A stretch of DNA of 64,000 nt, from NCBI GenBank assembly GCA_963725865.1, contig CAVSAC010000014.1:1248001-1312000 (forward strand), given 5' to 3'. The translations under genes and the position numbers were made by a program. Below are positions 10,707 through 21,800 of the stretch, one piece after another. The notes under the pieces were generated by a model. It was not told the origin of the DNA and searched no databases. It was given only the letters and a program-made list of their open reading frames with translations. Each line of letters opens with the position of its first letter. The stretch's first letter is position 1. This stretch comes from Candidatus Eiseniibacteriota bacterium (lineage in GTDB: Bacteria; Eisenbacteria; RBG-16-71-46).

Positions 10707-11918
10707 TCAGCGCGCCGCCGGCGCCGCGGGCGCGGGCGGAGGAAGCTCCGCCAGCATCGGCAGGGTGGCCGCGAAGCCGCGCGAGCGCTCGGCGACCAGC
10801 GCCAGCGCCTGGTCGCGCTCGGCGCCCTCGAGCGGCACCGGGCGGAACGGATCGTCCGGCCAGCGCGTGAAGCGCAGCGGTATCACCTCGGCCGCGCTCA
10901 CGCCGTCGCGCCCGACCGTGAACCGCGCGAGCCCCGCGAGCGTGTCGCTCGGGTCCTTGATGCCGCCGTAGACGAAGTTGCCGAGCGAGTAGTAGATGGG
11001 TGCGCCGCGGTAGAGCTCCACGCCGTGCAGCCGGTGCGGGTGCGCGCCCAGCACCGCCTTCGCGCCGAGGTCCACGCACAGGTGCGCGAGCTCCTGCTGG
11101 TACTCGCGCACGTAGTAGGCGCCCTCCTTGCCCCAGTGGAAGAACGGGATCGCCACGTCCACGCGCGGCACCAGCGCCGCGACGTCCTCGCGCACCATCG
11201 CGCGGATGCAGTCCAGGTCCGTGTAGCAGCCCGCCACGCCCGCGGTCCAGTGGGTGGCGTAGAGCACCTTGGGCTCGAACATGTCCGCCGCGATCTGGAA
11301 GTACCAGCCCACGAAGCCCACCCGCAGGCCGCCGCGCTCCACGATCACCGGCGTGCGCGCGATCTCCATGGCGGGCCCCGCGCCGAAGCGCGCGATGCCG
11401 GCCGCGTCGAGCGTGGCGAGCGTGTCCGCGACGCCCTGGGGTCCGTAGTCCTCGACGTGGTTGTTCGCGCACGAGACCACGTCCACGCCGCCCGCCTGGA
11501 GCACCTTCACCAGCTCGGGGCGCGCGCGGAAGTTGAAGTGCTTCGGAACCTTCGTGCCGCGCGCGGTGAACGGGCACTCCAGGTTCACGACCGCCAGGTC
11601 CGCGGGCTCCAGCAGCCCGCGCACCCCCGAGAAGTAACGCGCTTCGAGCGTCTCGCGCGCGGCGCCCGCGGCCAGTTCGCGGTCGAAGTGGTCCTGCAGG
11701 TTGTAGCCGAGCGTGGTGTCGCCACCCGCCACCACGGTGATCGTCGCCGGGCGCGCCGCCCCGGTGGAGTCGGCGGGGGCACCCCCCGGCCCCGCGGGCG
11801 CGCTCAGCGAGTCGGCCCGCGCCCGCAGCGTGTCCGCCAGCGCCTGCGCGCCCGCGCGGCGCGCCACGGCGAGCGCCGCGGTGGCCGCGGCGGCGCGGAG
11901 GAGGTCCCGACGTCTCAT
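10707..11918 (-). CDS. CapA/PGA_cap family metallophosphoesterase-fold protein with Tat signal
   Basis: GGD, VNLECP, ANNH, HWG, GAHPH, YSLGNF motifs; N-terminal MRRRDLL twin-arginine motif. Confidence 0.9.
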   Translation of the reverse strand: MRRRDLLRAAAATAALAVARRAGAQALADTLRARADSLSAPAGPGGAPADSTGAARPATITVVAGGDTTLGYNLQDHFDRELAAGAARETLEARYFSGVRGLLEPADLAVVNLECPFTARGTKVPKHFNFRARPELVKVLQAGGVDVVSCANNHVEDYGPQGVADTLATLDAAGIARFGAGPAMEIARTPVIVERGGLRVGFVGWYFQIAADMFEPKVLYATHWTAGVAGCYTDLDCIRAMVREDVAALVPRVDVAIPFFHWGKEGAYYVREYQQELAHLCVDLGAKAVLGAHPHRLHGVELYRGAPIYYSLGNFVYGGIKDPSDTLAGLARFTVGRDGVSAAEVIPLRFTRWPDDPFRPVPLEGAERDQALALVAERSRGFAATLPMLAELPPPAPAAPAAR

Positions 11919-11980
11919 GGGCCGCATTCAATCACACGCGAGCGCGGCGGGGCGAGTGCGGCTCGTGTAGATTCCCGCGC

Positions 11981-13315
11981 ATGATCGTCCTGAAGTTCGG
12001 CGGCACCTCGGTCGGTCTGCCCGGGAACTTCGCGCTCGCGCGGCGGCTGGTGCGCGAGCGGGCGGCGCTCGACCCGGTGGTGGTGGTGAGCGCGCTGGCG
12101 GGGGTGACCAACCTGCTGGTCGAGTTCTGCCGCGAGCCCGCGCGCCGCGGCGAGCTGGCGGCCGCGCTGGTCGAGCGCCACGTGGCGTTCGCGCGCGCCA
12201 CCGGCGTGGGTGCCGAGCCGGTCGCCGCGCTGCTCGACGGCTGGCGCCAGGAGGCGGTGGCGCTCGCGCGCCAGGGACACCCGCTGGCGCCCGCCGATCG
12301 CGACCGCGTGCTGTCGTACGGCGAGCGACTCGCCGCGCAGTTGTTCGCGGCGGCGCTCGTGGCCGACGGGCTCGCGGCCCGCGCGTGGCACGCGGGCGAG
12401 GCGGGGCTCGTGACCGACGAGCGCTTCGGCGCCGCCCACCCGCTGCCCGAGGCGGCCGGCCTGCTCGCGGCCGCGCTCGGCGCGCGCCCGCCGCTGCCGG
12501 TGGTGACCGGCTTCCTGGGGCGCACGCCCGACGGCCGGCCGACCACGCTCGGGCGCGGCGGCTCGGACTACAGCGCCGCGATCCTGGGCGCCGCGCTGGG
12601 CGCCGACGAGATCCAGATCTGGACCGACACCAGCGGCATGCTGTCGGCCGACCCGCGGATCGTGCCGGAGGCGCGCCCGGTGCCGCGGCTCTCGTTCGCG
12701 GAGGCCAGCGAGCTGGCGTACTTCGGCGCCCGGGTGCTCCACCCCAAGACCCTGCTGCCCGCGATGGACCGCGGAATCCCGGTGCGCATCCTCAACACCG
12801 CGCGGCCCGCGGACCCCGGCTCGCGCATCACGGCGACCGCCGACCCGATCGACGCCGCGTGGAAGGTGAAGTCGATCGCGTGCAAGTCCGGCATCATCGC
12901 GGTCACCATCGTCTCCACGCGCATGCTGCTCGCGCACGGGTTCCTGGCGCGCGTGTTCGAGGTGTTCGGCCGCCACCACGTGGTGGTGGACCTGGTCACC
13001 ACGTCCGAGGTCTCGATCTCGGTCACGGTCGACGCCGACGCGCGGCTCGAGGCGGCGATCGCCGAGCTGGAGTCGATCGGGCGCATCGAGGTGACGCGCG
13101 GGCTCGCGGTGGTCGCCGTGGTGGGCGAGGGCGCGCCGCGGCAACTGGGGCTCGCCGGGCACGTGTTCACGCTGCTCGGCGGGGTCGGCATCACGGTCGA
13201 GATGATCTCGCAGGGCGCCTCGCGCGTGAACCTGTCGTTCGTGGTGCGCGAGGAGGACGCCGCCAAGGCGGTGCGCCTGCTCCACCGCGGGCTGGGGCTC
13301 GACGCCGAGGTCTGA
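11981..13315 (+). CDS. lysC: Aspartate kinase
   Basis: KFGGTSV, VVVVSA, TTLGRGGSDYSA, ADPRIV, GARVLHP motifs; two C-terminal ACT domains. Confidence 0.95.
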   Translation: MIVLKFGGTSVGLPGNFALARRLVRERAALDPVVVVSALAGVTNLLVEFCREPARRGELAAALVERHVAFARATGVGAEPVAALLDGWRQEAVALARQGHPLAPADRDRVLSYGERLAAQLFAAALVADGLAARAWHAGEAGLVTDERFGAAHPLPEAAGLLAAALGARPPLPVVTGFLGRTPDGRPTTLGRGGSDYSAAILGAALGADEIQIWTDTSGMLSADPRIVPEARPVPRLSFAEASELAYFGARVLHPKTLLPAMDRGIPVRILNTARPADPGSRITATADPIDAAWKVKSIACKSGIIAVTIVSTRMLLAHGFLARVFEVFGRHHVVVDLVTTSEVSISVTVDADARLEAAIAELESIGRIEVTRGLAVVAVVGEGAPRQLGLAGHVFTLLGGVGITVEMISQGASRVNLSFVVREEDAAKAVRLLHRGLGLDAEV

Positions 13316-13341
13316 ACGCCGTCGCATCCGCCCGACGCAGG

Positions 13342-13369
13342 GAAGGCCCGGGCGGATGCCCGGGCCTTC
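13342..13369. terminator. Hairpin between convergent genes (possible bidirectional terminator)
   Basis: Perfect 12-bp stem gaaggcccgggc / gcccgggccttc with a 4-nt loop. Confidence 0.6.
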
Positions 13370-13395
13370 GCCGACTCGCGCGCGGGCGCGACGCC

Positions 13396-14601
13396 TCAGT
13401 AGCCCACCCAGCCGAACAGCTGGAGCCCGTCACTGATCGGGCCGTGGACGTTGTCCGAGCCGTGCGCCCAGTCGAGGCCGAAGCGCGCGTTCGGGTTGAC
13501 GTAGTAGGCCAGATTCAGCGTGCCGAGGCTCACGTCCTCCACGCTGGTCGCGCCGTGCGACTTCGGCACGTACTCGTGCTCGTAGCGCGCGGTCAGCACC
13601 CAGCGCGACTGCTTGTCGAGCAGGCAGGTGGCCTCGAGCATGCCGGTGTGGGCGACGTCCGAGACGCCGTCCGACTGGTCCTGGAACTTGTCGATCGTGT
13701 AGCCCGGGATCAGCGTCACGCGCCCGCGGTCGAGGAGCGCGCTGAGATCGCCCTGTACGTGCTGCGACGACGTGCCGTCCGGCTTGCGCGGGTCCTGGCG
13801 GTCGACGTAGATGCGCGCGGTGTACATGTGGCCGCCCGCCTCGCGCATCACCCACAGGTAGACGTTCTCGAGCTGGTTGAACGTCTTGGTGTCCGGGCGG
13901 TGGGCCAGCAGGCTGTCGAGGCTGCGGCTGCTGTTGATGAGCCCCAGCGCGTACCACCAGCTCGACTTCACTCCGTTGAGCTCGATTCCCGCGGCCCCCA
14001 GGGTGACGCGGTCGTTCAGGTAGCCGGTCAGCGTGGTCTTGCGGGAGTCCGCGAGGTACGGGATGTCGGCGTCGTAGATGCCGGCCTTGACGTTGAGCGA
14101 GCCGTCCTTGCCCACGTCGTCGAGCTGCACGAACGCCATGCCGCTCTGCAGCGGCCCACCGACGCCGGCGAAGTCGTTGTCGAAGTGGAACGACACGCGC
14201 TCGGCCAGCGTGCCGGCGGTGTGGAACTCGACCTGGTTCTGCTGGAAGCCGCCGACGTTGGTGCGCACGCGCGACGTGCCGCCGGTGTCGATCGCGGTGC
14301 TGTTGAAGGCGTACCCCACGTTGCCCACCAGCGAGATCGGGAACTCCTTGCCGGTGCTGTCCCACGGCGACTCGCCGTGACTGCCCATCATGCGGTAGCC
14401 GTTCTGCTTGAACTGCATGCCGAATGCGTTCAGTCGCGGCGCGGCGAGGTGGCAGGAGGTGCAGGCCATGCCGTACTTGCGCGCGAACAGCGGCAGCGCG
14501 ATGGACGGCGTGGAGAGCACGGCGAGCGCGGCGAGCGCGATCGCGCTCGCGAGCAGGGACGGGAACACACGGGAAGGGACGGCGCCACGTGCCCACGACA
14601 T
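13396..14601 (-). CDS. Cyc2-like fused monoheme cytochrome c / outer-membrane porin
   Basis: Signal peptide, then ALPLFARKYGMACTSCHLAAPRL (AxPxFAR[Q/K][T/Y], CxxCH, PxL); amphipathic beta strands; terminal aromatic residue (GWVGY); GGAGGAG RBS. Confidence 0.8.
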   Translation of the reverse strand: MSWARGAVPSRVFPSLLASAIALAALAVLSTPSIALPLFARKYGMACTSCHLAAPRLNAFGMQFKQNGYRMMGSHGESPWDSTGKEFPISLVGNVGYAFNSTAIDTGGTSRVRTNVGGFQQNQVEFHTAGTLAERVSFHFDNDFAGVGGPLQSGMAFVQLDDVGKDGSLNVKAGIYDADIPYLADSRKTTLTGYLNDRVTLGAAGIELNGVKSSWWYALGLINSSRSLDSLLAHRPDTKTFNQLENVYLWVMREAGGHMYTARIYVDRQDPRKPDGTSSQHVQGDLSALLDRGRVTLIPGYTIDKFQDQSDGVSDVAHTGMLEATCLLDKQSRWVLTARYEHEYVPKSHGATSVEDVSLGTLNLAYYVNPNARFGLDWAHGSDNVHGPISDGLQLFGWVGY

Positions 14602-14781
14602 GATGAGACTCCTCCGGAGGACGGTGGAGTGTGGCCGGAGGGCGTGGATACCCGGTGGGGCGACCCACCCGCGCGGACCGGTCGCGGAGACTGCGGTCAC
14701 GATCTGGAGATCGACCGACGGCGGGGAGACTAGCAGGGCGATGGCGGCGATACGAGTGAAACGGCCGAGGTACTCCCGCGC

Positions 14782-15057
14782 CTACCCCCGCGACAGCCGC
14801 CAGTCCTTCGCCAGCCGCTCGACCATCGCCTCGATGCGGCGCGCGCGGGTCTCGGCGCGCTTGGCGTCGGTGACGTAGCGCATCAGCTGGCGGCGGTGGG
14901 AGGGCGGCCACGCGTCGAACTGCGCCTTGGCCGCGCGCGAGGCGCGCAGCGCACGCGCCAGGTCGGCGGGCACCCGCACCGGGCGTGGTCGCGCCGCGGT
15001 CGCGCGTTGCGCGCTCGCCCGGCGGACGGTCACCTTCGCTCTCGACTTGGCTGCCAT
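14782..15057 (-). CDS. YdeI/OmpD-associated family protein
   Basis: VPADLARAL...FDAWPPSHRR...AKRAETRARRI signature. Confidence 0.8.
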   Translation of the reverse strand: MAAKSRAKVTVRRASAQRATAARPRPVRVPADLARALRASRAAKAQFDAWPPSHRRQLMRYVTDAKRAETRARRIEAMVERLAKDWRLSRG

Positions 15058-15079
15058 GGGGTCTCCGCGGCTGGGGAAG

Positions 15080-15484
15080 TCAGCGGTTCGCAACGCGCAC
15101 GACCAGCTTGAGCGCGCTCAGGCGCTCGTCGAACGCGATCACCTTGATGTCGACCAGACCGAGCGCGAGTGCGGCCTCACGCACGGTGTCCTCCTTGATG
15201 TGGGGCTGGCCCTTCGGCCACACGGCCCACACTGCGGCGTCGGGCCGCATCGCCTTGCGGACGGTCGCGAGCCGGCGCAGTCCCGCCTCGCTCTCGACCA
15301 CCAGCATCACCAGGTCGGTTTCGCGATTCACGCGCGCGGTGGCGATGTCGGCGACCCGCGTGTGCAGCTCCGCGATGAAGCCGGGGTCCATCAGTCCCAG
15401 CACCGCCACGCGCGCGCCCTCCTTCACCCCGAGCTTGTCGAGGCGGCTGCGCCTGGAATAGCCGGTCGGCGGCGGCTTGCTCAT
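15080..15484 (-). CDS. DUF3052-like protein
   Basis: GYS...LDKLGVK, VWAVWPK, GLVDIKV..FD...SALKLV pattern. Confidence 0.7.
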   Translation of the reverse strand: MSKPPPTGYSRRSRLDKLGVKEGARVAVLGLMDPGFIAELHTRVADIATARVNRETDLVMLVVESEAGLRRLATVRKAMRPDAAVWAVWPKGQPHIKEDTVREAALALGLVDIKVIAFDERLSALKLVVRVANR

Positions 15485-15637
15485 CGCGGCTCCGGCGCCG
15501 CGCGCGCGATGGCGCGCGCGAAAGCGTGGACGAGTGGGCGGCGGTCAGCGGGCATCGGATCTCCGGGAGTGCAGCGTCCAGCGACTGCAGCTATCAAGTA
15601 ACAGATGCCGCCGCCGCAATCCAGCGGAACCGTGCGC

Positions 15638-16918
15638 TCAGTCGGAGATCTGTCGCAGCGCGCGCGCGAGCACCGGACGCAGCCGGGCCGGGTACACGCG
15701 GCCGAGCACCACGCGCGGCGACTCGCCGGCCGCGGCGAGCGAGGCGAGCGCCTCGGCGAGCCCGGCCAATGCCGCATCGCGATCGAGCGCGCTCCACGCA
15801 GCATGCGGCGCCGCGCCCCGCTCGAACCATGGCTCGAAGCGCACGCGACGCGCCTCGAGCCGCCCGTGCTCGCGCACGCGGCGCGCGTCCACGCGGCCGA
15901 TCAGGCGCCCGTCGTGCAGCACCGGGAGCACGTAATAGCCGAAGCGGCGCTTGGGCTCGGGCACGTACACCTCGATGCGGTAGTCGAAATCGAACAGCGC
16001 CAGCACCCGCTCGCGGTGCCACATCAGCGAGTCGAACGGCGCCAGCAGCGTGGTGCCCCGCGAGGGCGCGCGCCTGCGCGCCGCGCGCTCGAGCGCCGGC
16101 ACGTCGCGCGACAGCGCGTACCACGGGCGGCGCTCGCCCTCGATCGCGACCGGCACCACCGCGCCGTCGCGCAGCGCCGCGTGCAGCGCCTCGCGGTGGC
16201 GGCCGACGGCCACGCGCGGGTAGGTCATGTACATCCGCAGGTCGGCCTCGCTCGCCGCGCCCATCGCGTGCAGCGAGCGCTCGATGTGCCAGCGCCGGAA
16301 CGCGGCCGGATCGAGCGGCTCGGTCGCGGCCAGCTCCGGCAGCACGTGCGCGCCGAGGTCGTAGCGCTTGTGGAAGTTCGGACGCGAGTGCACCAGCAGC
16401 TGCCCGCGCATCCACAGCACGTGCAGCGCGTGCTGCGCCGGCTTCCAGTCCCACCAGCCGCCGGAGCCGCCCGGGCGGTGGTGCTCGAAGTCGGCGCTGG
16501 CGAGCGGGCCGCGCGTGCGGACTGCCTGTTCGACCGCCGCCATCACGCCGGCGTTCTGGCGCAGCCACGAGGTCCAGCCGGTGCTGTGGCCGTGGTAGTC
16601 GACCATCGCGCGTTTCCACGCTGGCAGATGCGCCCGCGGCACCAGGCAGGCGGCGTGCGCCCAGTACTCGAACAGCACGCGCTTGCGGTAGAGCAGGCGC
16701 TCGAGCGCCGCGCGGTCGAACGCGCCGAAGCGGCTCCACAGCGTGATCAGGTGCGCGCGGTCGACGGCGTTGATGGAGTCGATCTGCACGCCGCCGGTGT
16801 CGGACGCGAAGCGCTCGAGTGCCGCGGCGGTCAGCCGCCGCCCGCGCGGGCGGTCGAGGTGCTGGCGCTCGAGGAACAGCGCGGCGACGGCGTGGCGGGG
16901 GAGCGAGAAGGATTGCAA
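15638..16918 (-). CDS. ycaQ: YcaQ/AlkZ-family winged-helix DNA glycosylase (interstrand crosslink repair); start uncertain
   Basis: QIDSI..V.RAH, LFEYWAH, LLAPFD, YRIEVYVPEPKRRFGYYVLP motifs; the 5' end runs into the low-GC stretch. Confidence 0.85.
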   Translation of the reverse strand: MQSFSLPRHAVAALFLERQHLDRPRGRRLTAAALERFASDTGGVQIDSINAVDRAHLITLWSRFGAFDRAALERLLYRKRVLFEYWAHAACLVPRAHLPAWKRAMVDYHGHSTGWTSWLRQNAGVMAAVEQAVRTRGPLASADFEHHRPGGSGGWWDWKPAQHALHVLWMRGQLLVHSRPNFHKRYDLGAHVLPELAATEPLDPAAFRRWHIERSLHAMGAASEADLRMYMTYPRVAVGRHREALHAALRDGAVVPVAIEGERRPWYALSRDVPALERAARRRAPSRGTTLLAPFDSLMWHRERVLALFDFDYRIEVYVPEPKRRFGYYVLPVLHDGRLIGRVDARRVREHGRLEARRVRFEPWFERGAAPHAAWSALDRDAALAGLAEALASLAAAGESPRVVLGRVYPARLRPVLARALRQISD

Positions 16919-17655
16919 AGAACTAAGAAGCAGGCTAAGACGCGGTTAAGGTCTGGATCCAACGTAAGGGCGATAGCGAGGAGTTCAAGGGCTGAAGGAT
17001 CGGGTGACGCCTCAGGCCAGTTCGAGACTGACTGCACGGGTACCGGTAGCTCGGCCTGTAACGCGATGATGAGATAACGAACAGCGAATGACACGTCGCA
17101 GGATGTGGGCTGGTAAAGTGCACGATGCAGCGGAGGAATCGCGGGATAAGAGATACAGGCGGCCGAAACGCTGCTGAGAATCCGGCGCGTGCTGGGTATA
17201 TGCTACAAGCACGACGCTGCAACTAGATTGCACTCGTGCAAGCATATGACTGAGAATCGCGTAATTGTATAATTATAATGAAAGCACAGTTTGAGAAGAT
17301 GGATTCGCAAGCGTCAGCGCTTCGGAACCGGACACTGATCGGCACGCCGAGACGGCTCGCGAGTCTCCAGTCTGATAGAAAGATCATGGATAGCACAGTT
17401 CGTGCAGAGCGATTACAGATGCTGTTCACGTGGTCGACCGTCTGAGACCGCACGGCTCGCGTCCTCGACAATGAAGACATGATGTATAAAAAATTTAACA
17501 GGAATCGGACAATATTAATGTATCGGTGGAATGCTCTACAGGGATCGAAGTAGCAATGGAATAGCACGAGAAATGTAATTACAGAAGACATCTATCGAAG
17601 AAATATAATTAAAATATGTAATGGTAAGGAAAATAATGCGTGAATAAGATAATTT
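16910..17655. other. Low-GC, apparently non-coding or degraded segment
   Basis: Abrupt switch to AT-rich sequence (e.g. gtaattgtataattataatg, aaatataattaaaatatgtaat) with no credible ORF. Confidence 0.7.
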
Positions 17656-18220
17656 TTGGACGCGTTCGACGCCTATCTGCCGCAGTTCCTCACCCGCTGC
17701 CGGAAGTGGTTCGCGCTGCAACCACGCGAGAGCGTCCCCGCGTGGCGCTCTGCCCCGCGTCACCTCGATCGCGTCCTTGCCTGTCGATACGCGCGCGTGG
17801 TGGGGCGCGACAACGTCGTCTCCATCCCCGGCCTCACGCTCCAGATCCCACCCGGACCACCAGCGCTCGTATGCCCGCGCCCGGGTCGAGGTGCGCGAAC
17901 TGCTCGATGGCCGGCTGCTGGTCCTGCACGACGGCCAGGTGCTGCTCGAACAGCCGGCGCCGGGCGAGCCCTTCAGCCTCGTGCCGCGAGACTCCGCAAA
18001 GCCCCGCCGCCGTCCGCAACGCGAAAACGGCCTCCGCATCTCGCTCACGATCGACGATCGCATCGACTCCCGACCTCCGACTCCAACCCCTGCAGGCGAT
18101 CGCACCGCACTCGCTCGCGACCACCGCCGTCCCACGGATCAACACCCGTGGAAGCGGCTACCGTACAAGTCCCAATGCCAGCCCAGCCCGGTGGCAGGGG
18201 GGTGACATTGAATCACTGTT
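17656..18220 (+). mobile_element. Fragment of an ISNCY/IS481-like transposase (C-terminal part, frameshifted) with a degenerate right end
   Basis: LDRVLACRYARVVGRDNVV...LQIPP, then in another frame YARARVEVRELLDGRL; followed by a ggggggtgacatt...atcactg end-like motif. Confidence 0.6.
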
Positions 18221-18834
18221 GGAAAGGCGTCGTGGTTCGGGGTGACTACGAGCGGATGGGATGATTGGAATTGATTGACGGGTGTGTGGTGCTGTTGCGA
18301 GGGAATGTACGCGAGCGGTTCAGAGATGAGGAACTGCGGCAGCGAGTCTTGCGGCGTTGAACTCGCCGAGGCGCGACACAGCGGGAGTGGACACGACACT
18401 CATCCTGTGCAGATCGCGCTGGCGCAATGCGCGCGAATCCGGGCAAACGACGCGATCATCGCTTCTCGCTACGTCGTTGAGCGATACGCTGTCGGTTACG
18501 ACTGCAGGCAGACGAATCGCGTCGATCTCGATCACGAGCAGCGTCCGCGGCGTCATCACATATGTACACAAATTATTTTTTTCAGGGAGCGTCACGCGGG
18601 CAGCGTGCCCGGTCCGGGCGTTCGTCGCAAGCCGCGCGGGCCAGGACGTGGGGCGCCGATCGCGCGAATCCCACACGGCCGACTGGGCACAGGGTGAAGC
18701 GGGGCGCCGGGCGCCACGCGATTCTCCATCCTGCATCGAGTCCCGTTTGGCCCCCTGGGGCGGGCGAACACGGTGCCTGAGCGACGCATCGACTGGCCAG
18801 AGGGGTTCTCTCTACCCCCCGCCGCCCATCGACC

Positions 18835-21800
18835 TCAGCATCTGCGCCAGCCCCGCGTCTGCGGGGACCGCCGCCAGTCCGCGCCGCAGCGCTGCGATCG
18901 CTCCCGGCCCGATCGCCGATCGCCGCGCGCGCACGCGCCTCGAGCGCATAGTGCCGCACGTCGCGCGGCATCAGTCGCTGCGCCTCCGCGAAGCGCGCCG
19001 CCGCCTCCGGCAGGCGCCCGCGCTCGACCGCCACCAGCGCGGCGACGTCGAGCGCGTCGGCGCGGATCGCGGAGTCGGGGCTCGTCAGCGCATGGCCGAG
19101 CGCCGCGGCGGTGCCCAGCGAGTCGCCGGCCATCCGCAGCCGGTCCGCCAGCATCACCCAGGCGCGCGCGTTCGCGGGATCGATCTCGGTCGCGCGCTCG
19201 AGCGCCGCGCGGCCGGCGTCGTCGGCGCCCTGGTTGATCAGCGCGGTGGCGCGCTGGACCTCGACCAGCCCGCGCTGGCGGCGGTCGGTCGCGTCGGCCC
19301 CGCCAGCTAACGATGCAGCCAGCGCGTCGAGCCCCGCCGCGCGCGCATCGCGCGCGACCGTGCGCACACGCCCGAGCTGGCCCGCGTCCATCAGCATGCG
19401 CCCGCGCGCCTCGTACCAGCCCTCGCGTGACCACGCGGCGAACAGCGGGCCCGGCTGGCGGCGCGGCGGCGAACGGCACCTCGCCGATCACGCGCGGGCT
19501 GCCGAACAGCGCGGTGCGCCCGATCTCGATCAGGTCGCGCGGCGCGCGGTACTCCACGATCGGACGGTCGTCGCGATTGAGCGGCGCGCCCTTCGCGATC
19601 GGGCGCAGCGCAGCGAACGGGCCCGCGTAGTAGCCCGCGAGCGCCTCCGGCGCGCGGATCCGCGCGCGCGCGAGCAGGCGGCGGCCGTCCGGCGTCGCGA
19701 GCCGCTCGATCGCGAGCCGCCGATCGTCCGGCGCCGCGATCAACAGCACGTCGACCGAGTTCCACACGCAGAACACCTGCCCCTGCGGGAACACGTCCAG
19801 GAACGACGCCAGCATCGAGGCGAACGTCTCGGGCGACAACTCGTAGAGCTGCATCCACTGGCAGAACACCCCGCCGGGCGCCAGCCGCGCGCGCACGCGG
19901 TGGTAGAAGTCGACGGTGAACAGGTTGTTGACGCCCGCGATCCACGGGTTCGAGGGCTCCGAGACGATCACGCCGTAGCGACCACCGCCGTGCGCCAGGT
20001 GGGTGCGCGCGTCGCCCAGGATCAGGTGCACGCGCGGGTCGTCGAGCGGATCCTCGCCCGGCGCGTGGAAGAACCGCGACGCCTGCACCACGCCGGGCTC
20101 CAGCTCGACCACTTCGGTGGGGCCCGCGCCCGCGGCGAGTGCTGCCGCGGCGGTGATGCCCGAGCCGAGCCCGATCACCAGCGTGCGCGCGGCGGAGTCC
20201 GCGCACAGCGTCGGCAGCAGGCCCAGCAGCACCTGGGTCTCCATGTCGCTGGTGCTCGCGTCGATCTTGCCGCCCACGCGCAGCCAGCGCTGGGTTCCCT
20301 GCTCGTCGGTGCCGACGAGCACCGAGCCATTCACGCCTTCGCGATAGAACAGCACCTTCTCGCTGCGGGTCGCGCGCCACACGGTGGAGCCGGCCCCGGA
20401 CACGCGCCCGGCCTCGAACGCGACGTCGGCGGCCTGACGCGGGCGGTAGAGTCCCGAGGACATCAGCGCCGGGTCCCAGCGCGGCGCCAGCATGCCGAGT
20501 GCCGCGACCACCGCGACCGCGCCGCCCGCGAACGCGAGGTCGCGGCCGGTGGCACCGCCGCGCGAGCGCGCGAGCGCGAGGGCGCCGAGGCCGACGAATC
20601 CCGACAGGATCAGCGCGGCCAGGTGGGTGCCCTGCACGCCCCAGGTCGGCACCAGCACGAAGCCCGCGAGCAGGCTGCCGGCGATGGTGCCGATGGTGTT
20701 GACCGCGTACGCGAAGCCGGCCGCGTGGCCGCCGTCGCGGCGCTGCAGCAGGCGCGTCGGCGATCGGGAACGCCGCGCCCAGCAGCGCGCACGGCACCAG
20801 CAGCACCACCGCCGCGAGCCCGATCTCGCCCGCCATGAGCGCGCCCCACGAGGCGCCCGAGCGCTCGCCGAGCGCGAACATCCACTCGGGCAGGCGCGGG
20901 AAGCACAGCAGCTCGACCGCCGCCACCGCCGCGAGCGTGAGCTGCAGGCGGGCGAAGCCGGCGAGCGAGACCCCGCGCCGCATCGCACGCTCGATCACCG
21001 CGCTGCCGAGCGCCAGCCCGAACACGTAGACCCCGAGCACCGCGGAGAACGAGTAGACGGACGAGCCGAACACCAGGCTGAACAGCCGCACCCACGCGAT
21101 CTGAAACGCCAGCGCCGCGAGCCCCGACAGCGCGAACAGGCTCGCGAGTGCCAACCGCGCGGGGCCGGCGAGCGGCGGCGACGCGACGGATGGCTCGGCT
21201 TCGGCGGGAGTGGACTGCGCGGCGGCGGGCCCGGGCGCTGGCGCGGTCGGCATCGCGGCGGGCTTCTCGGCGGGCGCAGTCGCGGGCGCCGGCACCGCCG
21301 CCGGTGCCGCGCGGGTCGCGCCGCCGGCCCGCCACGCCAGCAGCGCGACGCTCGCGTTGAGCAGCGCGGCCACCGCGGCGGTGCCCGAGAGCCCGAGCCA
21401 CGGCATGAACACGAAGCCGCCCGCCAGCGAGCCGAGCACCGCGCCGAAGGTGTTGAGCGCGTAGAGGCGCGCGAGCGCCGGCCCGACCCGCTCCCACTCG
21501 AAGTGCGCGACCAGCACCGGCAGCGTGGCGCCCATCAGCGCGGCGGGCGGGATCAGCACCACGAACAGCAGCACGAAGCGCGCGAGCGCGAACGACGGCC
21601 CCTCGCCGCCGAACGCGCGGTAGAACTGGCCGACCAGCGGCTCGAGCCCGCGCAGCACCGGCAGCAGCGCGATGCCGAGCACGCCGACGCCCAGTTCGAG
21701 CAGCGCGTAGTCGCGCGGCCCGCGGCGGCGCTGCGCGAGCGGCGTGCCCAGGAAGCGCGCGCCGAGCGCGAGCCCGCCCAGGAACGCGGCGACCACGGTG

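Noticed and set aside
17223..17591. 122-aa ORF in the AT-rich stretch
   Set aside because: No recognisable motif, odd composition, and it lies in degraded or low-quality sequence.
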